From Parcubacteria group bacterium (GTDB lineage: Bacteria; Patescibacteriota; Patescibacteriia; UBA1558; GWA2-36-10): a stretch of DNA of 64,000 nt. The notes under the pieces are model-generated. The model was not told the origin of the DNA. It searched no databases and worked only from the letters and a program-made list of their open reading frames with translations. A program made the position numbers and the translations under genes. The DNA is taken from the NCBI GenBank assembly GCA_003104935.1, contig PQAE01000005.1, positions 2,034 through 66,033 of the forward strand, given 5' to 3'. Below, piece by piece: positions 46,216 through 57,010 of this stretch (within the stretch, counting starts at the first letter, position 1; the number at the start of each line of letters is the position of its first letter).

Positions 46216-49200
46216 ATGCCAACCCCCTCTTCAACAAAAACAACCTTCATGGCCGCGGACAAGACCACGGTTTTAGAATTCGATGCCATCAGCTTGAAAT
46301 TGGCATCACCGGAAGACATCCACAAATGGTCGCACGGCGAAGTACTCAAGCCGGAGACCATCAACTATCGTACCCAGAAACCGGAAAAAGACGGCTTGTT
46401 TTGCGAAAAAATATTCGGCCCCACCAAAGACTGGGAATGTTATTGTGGTAAATACAAACGCATTCGTTACAAGGGCATTACTTGCGATAAGTGCGGTGTG
46501 GAAGTAACCCGGGCGGTAGTTCGCCGCGAGCGTATGGGCCACATTGATTTGGCGGCACCCGTTTCCCATATTTGGTTTTTGCGCGGTATCCCTTCAAAAA
46601 TCGGTTTAGTATTAGACCTGAGCATCCAATCACTAGAAAAAATAATTTATTTTGCGTCTTTTATAGTCACACACGTTGATGAGCCGGCCCGTCAGGAAAC
46701 CATGGACCAGATCAAGGCCGAGCTACGTAGCAAGCGCAAACAGATTGACAATGAGTTTAATCAGCGTAGCCAGGAGCTCAACAACAAAAAGGTTAAGATG
46801 CTGGCCGAAGGCCAACCTAAAGACAAGGCGGAAAAAAATGTTGAGCAGGAATTGATTAATCTTAATGTTGCTAAGGTAGATAAGATTAAAACCTTGGAAG
46901 AGGCGGCTGAGACGGCGGTTAAAGAACTCAAGGAACTTAAAGAGCTGGCGATAATTTCGGAAACAAAATATCAGGAATTAGCTTTGCGCTATGGTCATGT
47001 TTTTGAAGCCAATATCGGAGCCGAAGCGATTCACGAATTACTGAAGCGCATCAATCTCAAGCAACTTTCCGATCACCTGGATAAGGAAATATTAGAATCC
47101 ATTCCATCCAAGAAAAAGAAACTGATCCGCCGTGCCCGTTTGGTTAAAAGTTTATTAATAAATAAGATTCGGCCGGATTGGATGATTCTAGCGGCCATCC
47201 CGGTGGTGCCTCCGGATTTGCGCCCGATGGTGCAGTTAGACGGCGGACGCTTTGCCTCTTCTGATTTGAATGATTTGTATCGCCGGGTGATCAACAGAAA
47301 TAATCGTCTGAAGCGGTTAAAAGAGCTTAACGCCCCCGAGGTTATCCAGCGCAACGAAAAACGCATGTTGCAGGAAGCGGTGGATGCTTTAATTGATAAC
47401 AATGCCCGCCACGGCAAGACCGTCACCGCCTCGACCGGACAAAAAAGAACTTTAAAAAGTATCGCCGACATGCTCAAAGGTAAACAAGGGCGTTTCCGGC
47501 AAAACCTCTTGGGCAAACGCGTGGATTATTCCGGCCGTTCCGTTATCGTCATCGGCCCGCATCTGAAATTAAGTCAGTGTGGCCTACCAAAGATTATGGC
47601 CTTGGAATTATTCCGTCCTTTTGTAATTTCTAAACTGATAAAAAATGAATTAGTGCACAATGTCCGTAGCGCTAACCGCTATATTGATGCCGGCCACCCC
47701 GAGGTTTGGGCGATCCTGGAAGAAGTTACCCATGATACCCGGGTACTGCTGAATCGCGCGCCGACTTTACACCGCCTGGGTATCCAGGCTTTCCGTCCTA
47801 TTCTTATTGAGGGTAAGGCCATACAATTACACCCTCTGGTTTGCGCCGCCTTTAACGCCGACTTTGATGGAGACCAGATGGCCGTGCACGTGCCACTGAC
47901 CGAAGAAGCTAAAAATGAAGCGGAAAATATCATGGCCGCGGAAAAAAATCTACTCAAACCGGCCACCGGCGAGCCCGTCACTATTCCCAACCAAGATATT
48001 GTCTGGGGCTCTTACTATATGACTTATTTAGATGACAGTATTGAAGCCAAACGTTATTTTACCGATGAAGACGAAGCAGAAAAAGCTTTTGCAATAGATT
48101 TATTAAAACTCCAGGAGCCGATTAATGTCCGTCTCAGGAAAATGGATAATAAACTTACCAAGACTACGGTCGGGCGCATTATTTTTAATAAGATTTTGCC
48201 CGAGGAAATGCCTTTTGTTAACCACGTCTTGGATAAGAAGGGCCTAAAGAATATTGTGGCCGAAGCTTTCCGCACTTTTTCCCATACTCAAACCATCCAA
48301 CTGTTAGACGATCTAAAAGACTTAGCCTTCAAATACATCACTACTTCGGGCATGTCCTGGGGTATGGACGATGTGCCAAAACTAGAAACTAAAAAAGAAT
48401 TGATTGCCGAAGGTGAGACGCAGGTAAAAGAAATTAGAGAGCAGTTTAACAACGGCTGGCTAACTAACAATGAACGGCATATCAAGATCATAGAAGTTTG
48501 GAACCTGATCAAAAACCGTATTAAAAAACAATGCGAAGCTATTTTTAATCCCAATAACTCGGTGGCCAGTATTATCAACTCTGGTGCCCGTGGCTCTTGG
48601 GATCAACTCATCCAGATTATGGGTATTAAGGGATTGGTGATTAATCCGGCCGGCGACATCATGGAACTGCCGGTCAAAGCCAACTTTCAAGAGGGTTTAG
48701 ATGTACTGGAATACTTTATCTCCACCCATGGTACCCGTAAAGGCTTGTCCGATACCGCCTTACGTACGGCCAATGCCGGGTATCTTACCCGGCGTCTGGT
48801 GGATGTTTCCCAGGACGCGGTGGTCTTAGAAGACGATTGTGGCACTAAAGACAGTTTAATCATCACCAAATCTGACAGTAAAGATGCTCATGAGACTTTA
48901 GCGGATCGGGCAGTGGGCCGGGTCATCGCCGAAGACATCAAAGACGGCAAAAAGGCCGTGATTAAAAAAGGAACTTTGGTGACCAAAGAATTATCTCAAC
49001 ATATCGCCCATCTGGACCCGGAGCAGATTCGCGTGCGTTCCCTACTCACTTGCCAGGCCAATCGTGGCGTTTGCCAAAAGTGTTATGGTTTTGATCTGGG
49101 CTACAATAAATTAGTAGCTATCGGCACGGCCGTAGGGGTTGTAGCCGCCCAGAGTATAGGTGAACCCGGCACTCAGCTGACTATGCGTACTTTTCATACC

Positions 49201-50100
49201 GGCGGTGTGGCCGAAGGCGACATCACTCAGGGTCTGCCGCGGGTAGAGGAATTATTTGAGTCCCGCGCGCCAAAAATGCAGGCGGTTTTGTCCCCGGTAA
49301 CCGGCATAGTGGAAATCACTGACGATACCCGGCTAGTCAGCAAAAAACAAAGAATTATTAAGATCAAGCCACAGACTACGCGCAAGGAACAATATGATCT
49401 CTATAGCGATACCGTGTTAAAGATCAAAGACGGCCAGGAAGTGGCCAAGGGAGATGCACTCTTTGAAAAAGACGGCGATGTTACTAAGACCAATATAAAC
49501 GGCCTAATCAAATTAACCGATAAACAGCTAATTGTCGTCGGTCATGGTAATGAACCGGAAGAGGTGCTGATTCCGGCCGGCTATATTATTGTGGTGGCGG
49601 ACAATGATCTGGTGATTGAGGGGCAGAGATTGACAGAAGGTAGTATTAATTTGCAGGAGCTCTATGATCTCCAGGGCCAGTTAGCTGTCCAAAAGTATAT
49701 CATCAAAGAAATTAAGCACATCTATTCTTCCCAGGGTCAGAACCTAAATGACAAGCATGTGGAATTGATTGTGCGCCAGATGTTTTCCCGTATATTAATT
49801 AATGAAGTGGGCGACACGGAACTTTTACCTGGTGAAACCGTAACCTTCACCCAATTTAATGAAGCTAATAAAAGAGTTAAAGGCCAAAAAGCAGAGGGCC
49901 AAGTTCTGCTCTCCGGCATCACCAAAGCGGCCTTGACTTCAGACTCCTTCTTGGCCGCCGCTTCTTTCCAGGAAACAGCCCGGGTACTGATCGATGCCGC
50001 TATTACCGGTAAGGTAGACTATCTACGCGGCCTTAAAGAAAACGTTATTATCGGCAAAAAGATACCGGCTGGTACAGGCTTTATAAAAAAACCAGAATAA
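46216..50100 (+). CDS. rpoC: DNA-directed RNA polymerase beta' subunit
   Basis: 1294 aa. Zn-binding CxxC...CxxC, catalytic NADFDGD motif, trigger-loop and bridge-helix regions. Confidence 0.97.
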   Translation: MPTPSSTKTTFMAADKTTVLEFDAISLKLASPEDIHKWSHGEVLKPETINYRTQKPEKDGLFCEKIFGPTKDWECYCGKYKRIRYKGITCDKCGVEVTRAVVRRERMGHIDLAAPVSHIWFLRGIPSKIGLVLDLSIQSLEKIIYFASFIVTHVDEPARQETMDQIKAELRSKRKQIDNEFNQRSQELNNKKVKMLAEGQPKDKAEKNVEQELINLNVAKVDKIKTLEEAAETAVKELKELKELAIISETKYQELALRYGHVFEANIGAEAIHELLKRINLKQLSDHLDKEILESIPSKKKKLIRRARLVKSLLINKIRPDWMILAAIPVVPPDLRPMVQLDGGRFASSDLNDLYRRVINRNNRLKRLKELNAPEVIQRNEKRMLQEAVDALIDNNARHGKTVTASTGQKRTLKSIADMLKGKQGRFRQNLLGKRVDYSGRSVIVIGPHLKLSQCGLPKIMALELFRPFVISKLIKNELVHNVRSANRYIDAGHPEVWAILEEVTHDTRVLLNRAPTLHRLGIQAFRPILIEGKAIQLHPLVCAAFNADFDGDQMAVHVPLTEEAKNEAENIMAAEKNLLKPATGEPVTIPNQDIVWGSYYMTYLDDSIEAKRYFTDEDEAEKAFAIDLLKLQEPINVRLRKMDNKLTKTTVGRIIFNKILPEEMPFVNHVLDKKGLKNIVAEAFRTFSHTQTIQLLDDLKDLAFKYITTSGMSWGMDDVPKLETKKELIAEGETQVKEIREQFNNGWLTNNERHIKIIEVWNLIKNRIKKQCEAIFNPNNSVASIINSGARGSWDQLIQIMGIKGLVINPAGDIMELPVKANFQEGLDVLEYFISTHGTRKGLSDTALRTANAGYLTRRLVDVSQDAVVLEDDCGTKDSLIITKSDSKDAHETLADRAVGRVIAEDIKDGKKAVIKKGTLVTKELSQHIAHLDPEQIRVRSLLTCQANRGVCQKCYGFDLGYNKLVAIGTAVGVVAAQSIGEPGTQLTMRTFHTGGVAEGDITQGLPRVEELFESRAPKMQAVLSPVTGIVEITDDTRLVSKKQRIIKIKPQTTRKEQYDLYSDTVLKIKDGQEVAKGDALFEKDGDVTKTNINGLIKLTDKQLIVVGHGNEPEEVLIPAGYIIVVADNDLVIEGQRLTEGSINLQELYDLQGQLAVQKYIIKEIKHIYSSQGQNLNDKHVELIVRQMFSRILINEVGDTELLPGETVTFTQFNEANKRVKGQKAEGQVLLSGITKAALTSDSFLAAASFQETARVLIDAAITGKVDYLRGLKENVIIGKKIPAGTGFIKKPE

Positions 50101-50177
50101 CAAGCGAGAAAAACTCCTGAAATACGGGAGTTTTTCTTTGTTTTCCGCCATTTATTTTTGTCAGATAATATGATAAA

Positions 50178-52433
50178 ATGTATAATATTCATAGCTTATT
50201 TTTAGCAAAAAATATGGCCAAACGAGCAAAAAATAATAATCGGCGAAATTCAGAGGACAAGGACTTGGTCTTAGAAACCGGACTCAGCCCCGACACTAAA
50301 CGGGGTATTTTAACCGTCTTAGTTTTCTTGTTGGCCATGTTGGGGATTATGTCTGTTTTTGGTCTTGCCGGAAATTTTGGTCGCTCTCTTAATTATGGGT
50401 TGTCATATCTTTTTGGCTGGAGCGACTGGTTATTTTTAATAATCCTTTTGTATATCAGTTTTCTTATTTTACGCAGTAATTTTTATAAGATCCGCTGGGT
50501 AGTTTATCTGGGAATATTTTTAATTGTTTTGTCCAGCGCCGGCCTGCTGAATTTTTTTGTTAGTGATTATACCTGGGCGGAAATCGGTAGCTTAGGAAAA
50601 GGTGGGGGCGTCCTAGGGTATGCCATTGGCCACCCGCTGGCCAGTTATCTGGGGGCTTGGGGTAGTTTAGTTGTTTTTATCAGTTTATTGCTCATTGGTA
50701 TATTTCTGGCCTTCAATACTTCCTTTAAAGATATGACCGAACGTGCCAAATCTTTGGGCATATTGCGGGAGAAATTATTACCCAGCGACGATGACGACGT
50801 AGAAGATGAAGAAGAAGGAAACTTTGAATCAGACACGGTTTTAGAAAAGACAGAACTTTTAGCGGAGGACGCTGATCCTCGGGTAGAGCCCGGCGGCGAG
50901 GCCGCAGTCGAGGGCAAAGAAAACATCGCTTTTAAAAAAATCGGCAAGAAAATTGTAGTGCCTTTAGATCTGCTTAGTAAATCAAGTTCCAAACCGGACT
51001 CGGGAGATGTTTCAGCCAACATGAATAAGATAGAAAAAACCTTAAAGAACTTCGGCATTGAGGTAACTATGGAGGATGTTAATGTCGGACCGACAGTGAC
51101 TCAATACACGTTGCGTCCGGCCGAGGGCGTCAGGTTGTCACAGATGTTAACCCTGCAAAATGATTTAGCCCTTGCTTTGGCCGCTCACCCTTTGCGTATG
51201 GAAGCGCCGATACCGGGCAAGTCTTTAGTGGGTATTGAGGTGCCGAATAAAAGTATTTCCGTCGTTAAATTAAGGGAAGTTTTGGAGAGTGATATTTATA
51301 AAAAAAGAAACAGCAATCTTTATATTGCTTTAGGCAAGGATGTGGCCGGGGAAGTAGTTATGTATGATTTAGCCAATATGCCGCACCTGCTTATCGCCGG
51401 ATCGACCGGCTCTGGAAAATCGGTGGCAATCAACAATGTTATCTTGAGCTTGATTTATCAAAACTCTCCCGATGATCTAAAACTTATCCTAATAGACCCC
51501 AAGCGGGTGGAGCTAGCCATTTTTAACGACATTCCTTATCTACTTACTCCGGTGATTAATGATACCGACAAGACTATTAACGCCCTGCGTTACGTAGTAA
51601 AGGAAATGCAGGAAAGGTATAAATTATTACAAGCGGCTAATAAGAAAAATATTGAAAGTTATAATAAGTCCGTAATTGTTAATCGTCTGCCATATATAGT
51701 GGTAATTATTGACGAATTTGCGGCTTTGATGTCCTCGGCCGCCAAGGAAATAGAAGGTACCGTAGTTAGTTTGGCCCAGATGGCGCGGGCTGTTGGCATC
51801 CACCTTATCCTGGCCACACAGCGGCCCTCGGTGGACGTTATTACCGGGCTGATTAAAGCCAATATTACCTGTCGTATTGCTTTTGCGGTGGCGTCAGCGA
51901 CAGATTCCCGCACCATTATTGATACTAGCGGAGCGGATAAGTTACTCGGCAAAGGCGACATGCTTTTTATTAGTTCCGATTCATCTAAACCGCGCCGTAT
52001 TCAGGGTGTCTTTACTCGGGAAGAGGAGATTAAAGCGGTGGTTGATTATATCCGCGGCCAAGCTGAACCGGAATATAATGATAAGGTTACCGAAAGAGCC
52101 AGTGGTGTTGTGCCGGGATTTGGCGGAGGCGATGGTGACTACAATGATGATCTCACCGAAGAGGCTAAGGAAGTAATTCTCAAGACCGGCCGGGCGTCGG
52201 CTACTCTTTTACAAAGAAGGTTACGTGTCGGTTATGCCCGGGCCGCGCGGCTTCTGGATATTTTAGAAGAAATGGGTGTGGTTGGACCGGCCGATGGCTC
52301 TAAGGCACGTGAAGTTTTGGTAGCCCAGGAAGATTTGGAGGAAAATTTTAGTTCAGCTTTAGACGAGGAAGACTTGGCTGACGCGTCTGAACCAGAGGAA
52401 GATTCATCCGCAGAGGAAGAAGGTAAATACTAA
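50178..52433 (+). CDS. ftsK: DNA translocase FtsK/SpoIIIE
   Basis: N-terminal TM helices, linker, motor domain with Walker A GSTGSGKS and Walker B IIDEFAAL, C-terminal gamma wHTH domain (LQRRLRVGYARAARLLDILEE). Confidence 0.9.
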   Translation: MYNIHSLFLAKNMAKRAKNNNRRNSEDKDLVLETGLSPDTKRGILTVLVFLLAMLGIMSVFGLAGNFGRSLNYGLSYLFGWSDWLFLIILLYISFLILRSNFYKIRWVVYLGIFLIVLSSAGLLNFFVSDYTWAEIGSLGKGGGVLGYAIGHPLASYLGAWGSLVVFISLLLIGIFLAFNTSFKDMTERAKSLGILREKLLPSDDDDVEDEEEGNFESDTVLEKTELLAEDADPRVEPGGEAAVEGKENIAFKKIGKKIVVPLDLLSKSSSKPDSGDVSANMNKIEKTLKNFGIEVTMEDVNVGPTVTQYTLRPAEGVRLSQMLTLQNDLALALAAHPLRMEAPIPGKSLVGIEVPNKSISVVKLREVLESDIYKKRNSNLYIALGKDVAGEVVMYDLANMPHLLIAGSTGSGKSVAINNVILSLIYQNSPDDLKLILIDPKRVELAIFNDIPYLLTPVINDTDKTINALRYVVKEMQERYKLLQAANKKNIESYNKSVIVNRLPYIVVIIDEFAALMSSAAKEIEGTVVSLAQMARAVGIHLILATQRPSVDVITGLIKANITCRIAFAVASATDSRTIIDTSGADKLLGKGDMLFISSDSSKPRRIQGVFTREEEIKAVVDYIRGQAEPEYNDKVTERASGVVPGFGGGDGDYNDDLTEEAKEVILKTGRASATLLQRRLRVGYARAARLLDILEEMGVVGPADGSKAREVLVAQEDLEENFSSALDEEDLADASEPEEDSSAEEEGKY

Positions 52434-52438
52434 TTATT

Positions 52439-53110
52439 ATGCCCGGTTTTAAGCAAAAGAGAGCTGTCAGCGGACAGAGTCTGGGCGAACGGCTAAAAAA
52501 AATCCGTCTGGATCAAGGCCATACTTTAGAGGAAGCCGAGGTTAAAACTAAAATACAATTAAAATATTTAGAAATTCTAGAAAACGGCGAATATGATCTT
52601 TTGCCTGGCGATATTTATGCTCGCGTCTGGATCAAGGCCTACACTAATTTTCTGGGAGTGCCCCCGGAAGATTTTTTGGCGGATTATAAAATAGAAAAAC
52701 AGGTAAGTGAAAACATAAATAAATACGATCGCTTGAATCAACAGCGGCGTCAACCAAAAGATAGTGTGGTGCTGAGGCCACGTAATGTGAAATTAGCTTT
52801 GATCACCCTGATAATTTTGGCGGTGGTCGGTTATCTTATTTGGCAGGTAAACAATATTATTGCCCCGCCGAATATAAATATCAGGGAGCCAAAAAATAAT
52901 TTTATTACCACCGAAAGCCAGTTAATGATCTCCGGTCAGACTGTGGCCGAAGCCGAGCTGGTGATAAACGGGGAGAGGGTTTTAACTGACAATAGCGGAT
53001 TATTTAGCCAGCCCGTAAATTTGGTTCCCGGCTTGAATAAATTTAAGATAAGTGCTAAAAAGAAGCATAGCCGCACCAACTATATAGATTGGAATATATT
53101 GCGGCAATAA
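52439..53110 (+). CDS. RodZ-like HTH-domain membrane protein
   Basis: N-terminal Xre-type HTH (LGERLKKIRLDQGHTLEEAEVKTKIQLKYLEILE), single TM, C-terminal DUF4115-like beta domain. Confidence 0.6.
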   Translation: MPGFKQKRAVSGQSLGERLKKIRLDQGHTLEEAEVKTKIQLKYLEILENGEYDLLPGDIYARVWIKAYTNFLGVPPEDFLADYKIEKQVSENINKYDRLNQQRRQPKDSVVLRPRNVKLALITLIILAVVGYLIWQVNNIIAPPNINIREPKNNFITTESQLMISGQTVAEAELVINGERVLTDNSGLFSQPVNLVPGLNKFKISAKKKHSRTNYIDWNILRQ

Positions 53111-53154
53111 TACTTTAATTAATTAGGGCAGGCAGAATATAAAGACATAAGACT

Positions 53155-54168
53155 ATGGCACACAAAACAGTTAGGGATAATAATTTTAATCAATCGGCCA
53201 AGCAGGCCATCGAAGAGATCCGTTCCAGATTTGGTGAAGGGTCAATTATGCGGCTGGGTGAGGCTAAAACCATGAATGTGGACGCGGTAAGTACCGGCTG
53301 TCTATCTTTAGACCTTGCCCTGGGAGTGGGCGGAGTACCCCGGGGACGGATTGTAGAGATCTACGGACCAGAGGCCTCTGGTAAGACTACTTTGGCCCAG
53401 CATATCGTAGCTGAGGTTCAGAAAAAGGGCGAAGTGGCCGCTTTTGTCGATGCCGAGCACGCCCTGGATCCGGATTATGCCCGCAAAATAGGGGTTAATA
53501 TTGATGAACTACTTATTTCTCAACCTGATACCGGCGAGCAAGCTTTAGATATTGTGGAAACCCTGGTGCGCTCCGGGAGTATTGGCGTAGTCGTGGTCGA
53601 TTCCGTGGCGGCACTAGTGCCCAAGGCCGAGATTGAAGGAGATATGGGCGATCACCACGTCGGTCTGCAAGCCCGATTGATGAGCCAGGCATTACGTAAA
53701 CTGGCTGGCATAGTCCATAAGAGTAACACTATCGTGGTTTTTATCAATCAAATTAGAATGAAAATAGGGGTATTTTTTGGCAATCCTGAAACCACGACCG
53801 GTGGTAATGCTCTTAAATTTTATTCTTCCGTGCGCATCGAGGTGCGCCGTAGCGCTCAGATTAAGCAAGGAGAGAGAATTATTGGTAACCAGGTCAAAGC
53901 CAAAATAGTAAAAAATAAAGTAGCCGCTCCTTTTAAAACTACAGTTTTTGACATTATGTATAATGAGGGCATCTCCGTAACCGGCGACATCCTCGATACC
54001 GGACTGGCCTACAACGTAATTAATAAGTCAGGTAATTCTTATGCCTACGGCGAAATTAAGTTAGGCGTCGGCCGGGAAAACGCAAAAAACTATTTGCGCG
54101 AGCAACCGGAAATGATCAAGGAAATAAGGGAAAAGATTTTTGCCGCCCATAAAATCGCCGAAGCTTAA
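53155..54168 (+). CDS. recA: recombinase RecA
   Basis: 337 aa. Walker [11 protein letters not shown]1/L2 loops and the rest of the RecA core highly conserved. Confidence 0.96.
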   Translation: MAHKTVRDNNFNQSAKQAIEEIRSRFGEGSIMRLGEAKTMNVDAVSTGCLSLDLALGVGGVPRGRIVEIYGPEASGKTTLAQHIVAEVQKKGEVAAFVDAEHALDPDYARKIGVNIDELLISQPDTGEQALDIVETLVRSGSIGVVVVDSVAALVPKAEIEGDMGDHHVGLQARLMSQALRKLAGIVHKSNTIVVFINQIRMKIGVFFGNPETTTGGNALKFYSSVRIEVRRSAQIKQGERIIGNQVKAKIVKNKVAAPFKTTVFDIMYNEGISVTGDILDTGLAYNVINKSGNSYAYGEIKLGVGRENAKNYLREQPEMIKEIREKIFAAHKIAEA

Positions 54169-54255
54169 ATATTTTTTCAAAAAACAGTCCGGCCAGACGG
54201 CAAAAAAAGCCAGCACCGGGTTGTTTTTTTATACCCTGCTTAGTATAATAGCCAT

Positions 54256-55686
54256 ATGTCCTTAGCCCACAAAATATTTACCAACACGCTCTGGCAGGTG
54301 ATTATTCGCGCCCTAAATATTTTAATTGGAGTTTTTAATTTGGCGTTAATAACGCGGATTTTGGGCCAGACCGGTTTTGGCTACTACACTACTATTTTTG
54401 CTTTTTTGCAGATGTTGATGGTAGTGGCTGATCTAGGACTGTATTTGGCTCTGTTGCGCGAAGTGTCTCTGGCCGGCGACCGAGCCGGAGAGACCAAGGC
54501 CACCAACAATATTTTTACTATCCGGTTGCTGGCTTCACTGGTCATTTTATTTTTATCACCGCTACTGATTAATTTATTCCCCTACGATAACGCTGTAAAA
54601 ACAGGCGTAATATTTTTTTCCTTAGCCTTCTTTTTTCAAAGTCTAATGGCCACACTCACGGCAGTTTTCTCCAAAAAATTGGCTATGCCCCGGGCAGTGC
54701 TGGTGGATTTATTTACCAAGGTTTTATTTTTTATTTCCCTGGCCTATCTATTTAGTCGCGGTAGTTCGCTAAACTTCATTTTAGCCATACATTCCATTAT
54801 CTATGCCGTCAGTTTTATGCTTTTTTATATTATACTTCGTAAATATATATATTTGTCATTGGCCTGGGATTTTAATTATTGGCGAGAGATTATCCGGCAA
54901 AGCTGGCCCCTGGCCGTGACCGTTGTTTTAAATTTGGTTTACTTTAAGGCCGACACCCTGATCTTGTCGGCTTTTAGGGACCCAAACGAGGTTGCTTTGT
55001 ATGGTGCACCTTATCGGGTTTTGGAGGTGTTGGTAAGCTTCCCTCATATGTTCATGAGTTTATTATTGCCCCTTTTGACAGCGGCCTGGGTAGCCAAAAA
55101 TATAGTCCATTTTCGGCAAATTTTTCAAAAAGGTTTTGATTTTTTCTGCGTTCTGGCAGTGCCGATGGTAGTCGGCCTCTGGCTGACCGGCGAGCGGGTG
55201 ATGATACTTTTAGCCGGGCCGAGCTTTGCCGCTTCAGGGCCGATATTAAATATTTTGATTTTGGCCACGGCGGCCATATTTTTCGGCACCCTCTTCACTT
55301 ATCTGGTAGTGGCTCTGGGAGAGCAAAAACAGATGATCAAATATTTTCTAACCGTGGCCCTGGTTGGGCTAATCGGCTATTTTATCTTAATTCCCCGCTA
55401 TTCATATTGGGGGGCCGCTTATGTGACCTTACTAGTTGAAGTGATGATGTGTTATTTTGCCTACATACTGGTCAACCAGAAAGTGCGATTAAATATTAAC
55501 TTTGCTATTTTAAAAAAAAGTTTATTAGCTGGATTCATCATGGCCTTAATCGGTTGGTTCTGTCGCGGTCTGAACATGGCCTTATTAATTTTGGTCAGCG
55601 GCGCCGTTTATTTGCTGATGCTCTATACCAGCAGAGCTATCGACCGTTCAATATTAAACAATATTTTTAATAAAACCAAAGTATGA
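54256..55686 (+). CDS. oligosaccharide/polysaccharide flippase (Wzx/MOP superfamily)
   Basis: 476 aa, about 14 TM helices, polysaccharide-biosynthesis-protein-like organisation. Confidence 0.7.
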   Translation: MSLAHKIFTNTLWQVIIRALNILIGVFNLALITRILGQTGFGYYTTIFAFLQMLMVVADLGLYLALLREVSLAGDRAGETKATNNIFTIRLLASLVILFLSPLLINLFPYDNAVKTGVIFFSLAFFFQSLMATLTAVFSKKLAMPRAVLVDLFTKVLFFISLAYLFSRGSSLNFILAIHSIIYAVSFMLFYIILRKYIYLSLAWDFNYWREIIRQSWPLAVTVVLNLVYFKADTLILSAFRDPNEVALYGAPYRVLEVLVSFPHMFMSLLLPLLTAAWVAKNIVHFRQIFQKGFDFFCVLAVPMVVGLWLTGERVMILLAGPSFAASGPILNILILATAAIFFGTLFTYLVVALGEQKQMIKYFLTVALVGLIGYFILIPRYSYWGAAYVTLLVEVMMCYFAYILVNQKVRLNINFAILKKSLLAGFIMALIGWFCRGLNMALLILVSGAVYLLMLYTSRAIDRSILNNIFNKTKV

Positions 55687-56987
55687 TTTGGGTGGTGGTT
55701 TTATTGTTATTATTTATCTTTGCCTACATTACTTGGCGCCGGCCGCTGATTGGCACGGCGATTATAATCGCTGTTTTGCCAGTTTACCAATGGCGCTTAT
55801 CCTTATGGTTGTGGCCAACAACTTTCTTAGAACTACTGATCGTAGTTTTGTTTTTAGTGTGGTTGGCCAAGGATAATAAATTCAAAGTCATAAATTTTTC
55901 TTTTCAAAAAAAATTTTTCAATCCCCTGCCGACAATCTGGCGCTGGCTGATGCTATTTTGGTTGTTGGCGAGCATCAGTGCCGTTTTGGTTAATCCGACA
56001 CTGGCCGCCCTAGGTTTGTGGCGGGCATATTTTTTGGAACCACTGATGTTTTTTTTGGTTCTTATTTATGAACTAAAAAATAAAAAAGATTATAATTTAA
56101 TATTAATTGCGCTAGCCGCTTTATTGTCGTGGTTATTTTTTTTGACGGGCTGGCAATTTTTTAGCAGTTGGAATTTACCGGCCGCCTATGATTGGCCGCA
56201 GGCCCGCCGGCTGACCGCTATTTTTTCTTATCCCAATGCCTTATCTTTACTGACGGCGGGACCGGCGGTTTTTTTTCTGGGCCTGTGGTTGGAAAGCAAG
56301 CGAAAAGTCAGACAATATTATTGGTTGATTTTATTTTTAGCTGGCGTTATCATGGCTTATCTGGCCCACAGCGAGGGAGCGCTTCTAGGTATGGGGGTAG
56401 CTATTATTTTTTGGCTAATATTAGAAAAAAAAATAAGAAAATTTGGTATTCCATTAGTAACTTTATTTTTTTTAACATTTATTCTTTTCGGCCACACTCA
56501 GTCTATTTGGCAAAGCGTCAGCCAGCAGGTTTTTTCCCCACAACTGGATCTGTCCGCCACATCTTTAGAAATCAGAAGCAGTCAGTGGCAGGAAGATTGG
56601 CGGTTTTTGCAGAATAATTTTTTTTGGGGAGCTGGCCTCAACGGCTATCAACGGGCAGTTCGCCCTTATCACCAGGCTGAGTGGCTGGAAATTTATCTTT
56701 ACCCTCACGATATCTGGCTAAATTTTTGGACGGAACTGGGCTTATTAGGATTGTTGGCATTTTTAGCGATTACCGGGAAAATAATTTTCTCTTTGCGTGG
56801 TTTGCATAGGGCCAAAATTGATCTGGCTTGGCCGTTGAGCTTGTTTTGGCTGACCTGGTTTGTCCACGGACTAGTCGACGTGCCGTATTTTAAAAATGAC
56901 CTGAGTATTTTATTTTTTGTCTTTTTAGCTTTGACGATATTTAGTCAGAAAACTACCCAAGAGAAAACTCCACAATTTACTTTGTAG
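55683..56987 (+). CDS. O-antigen ligase/polymerase-like (Wzy_C family) membrane protein
   Basis: 434 aa polytopic membrane protein with a large periplasmic loop region. Overlaps the flippase gene by 4 nt. Confidence 0.6.
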   Translation: MIWVVVLLLLFIFAYITWRRPLIGTAIIIAVLPVYQWRLSLWLWPTTFLELLIVVLFLVWLAKDNKFKVINFSFQKKFFNPLPTIWRWLMLFWLLASISAVLVNPTLAALGLWRAYFLEPLMFFLVLIYELKNKKDYNLILIALAALLSWLFFLTGWQFFSSWNLPAAYDWPQARRLTAIFSYPNALSLLTAGPAVFFLGLWLESKRKVRQYYWLILFLAGVIMAYLAHSEGALLGMGVAIIFWLILEKKIRKFGIPLVTLFFLTFILFGHTQSIWQSVSQQVFSPQLDLSATSLEIRSSQWQEDWRFLQNNFFWGAGLNGYQRAVRPYHQAEWLEIYLYPHDIWLNFWTELGLLGLLAFLAITGKIIFSLRGLHRAKIDLAWPLSLFWLTWFVHGLVDVPYFKNDLSILFFVFLALTIFSQKTTQEKTPQFTL

Positions 56988-57010
56988 GCTATTTTTAGTA
57001 TAATATAGCC

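Noticed and set aside
43742-49925. Numerous 60-147 aa ORFs antisense to or overlapping rpoB and rpoC
   Set aside because: Embedded in highly conserved RNAP genes; no independent signals.
50645-52176. ORFs antisense to or overlapping ftsK (50645-51058, 51659-51961, 51877-52176)
   Set aside because: Inside a conserved FtsK motor domain coding region.
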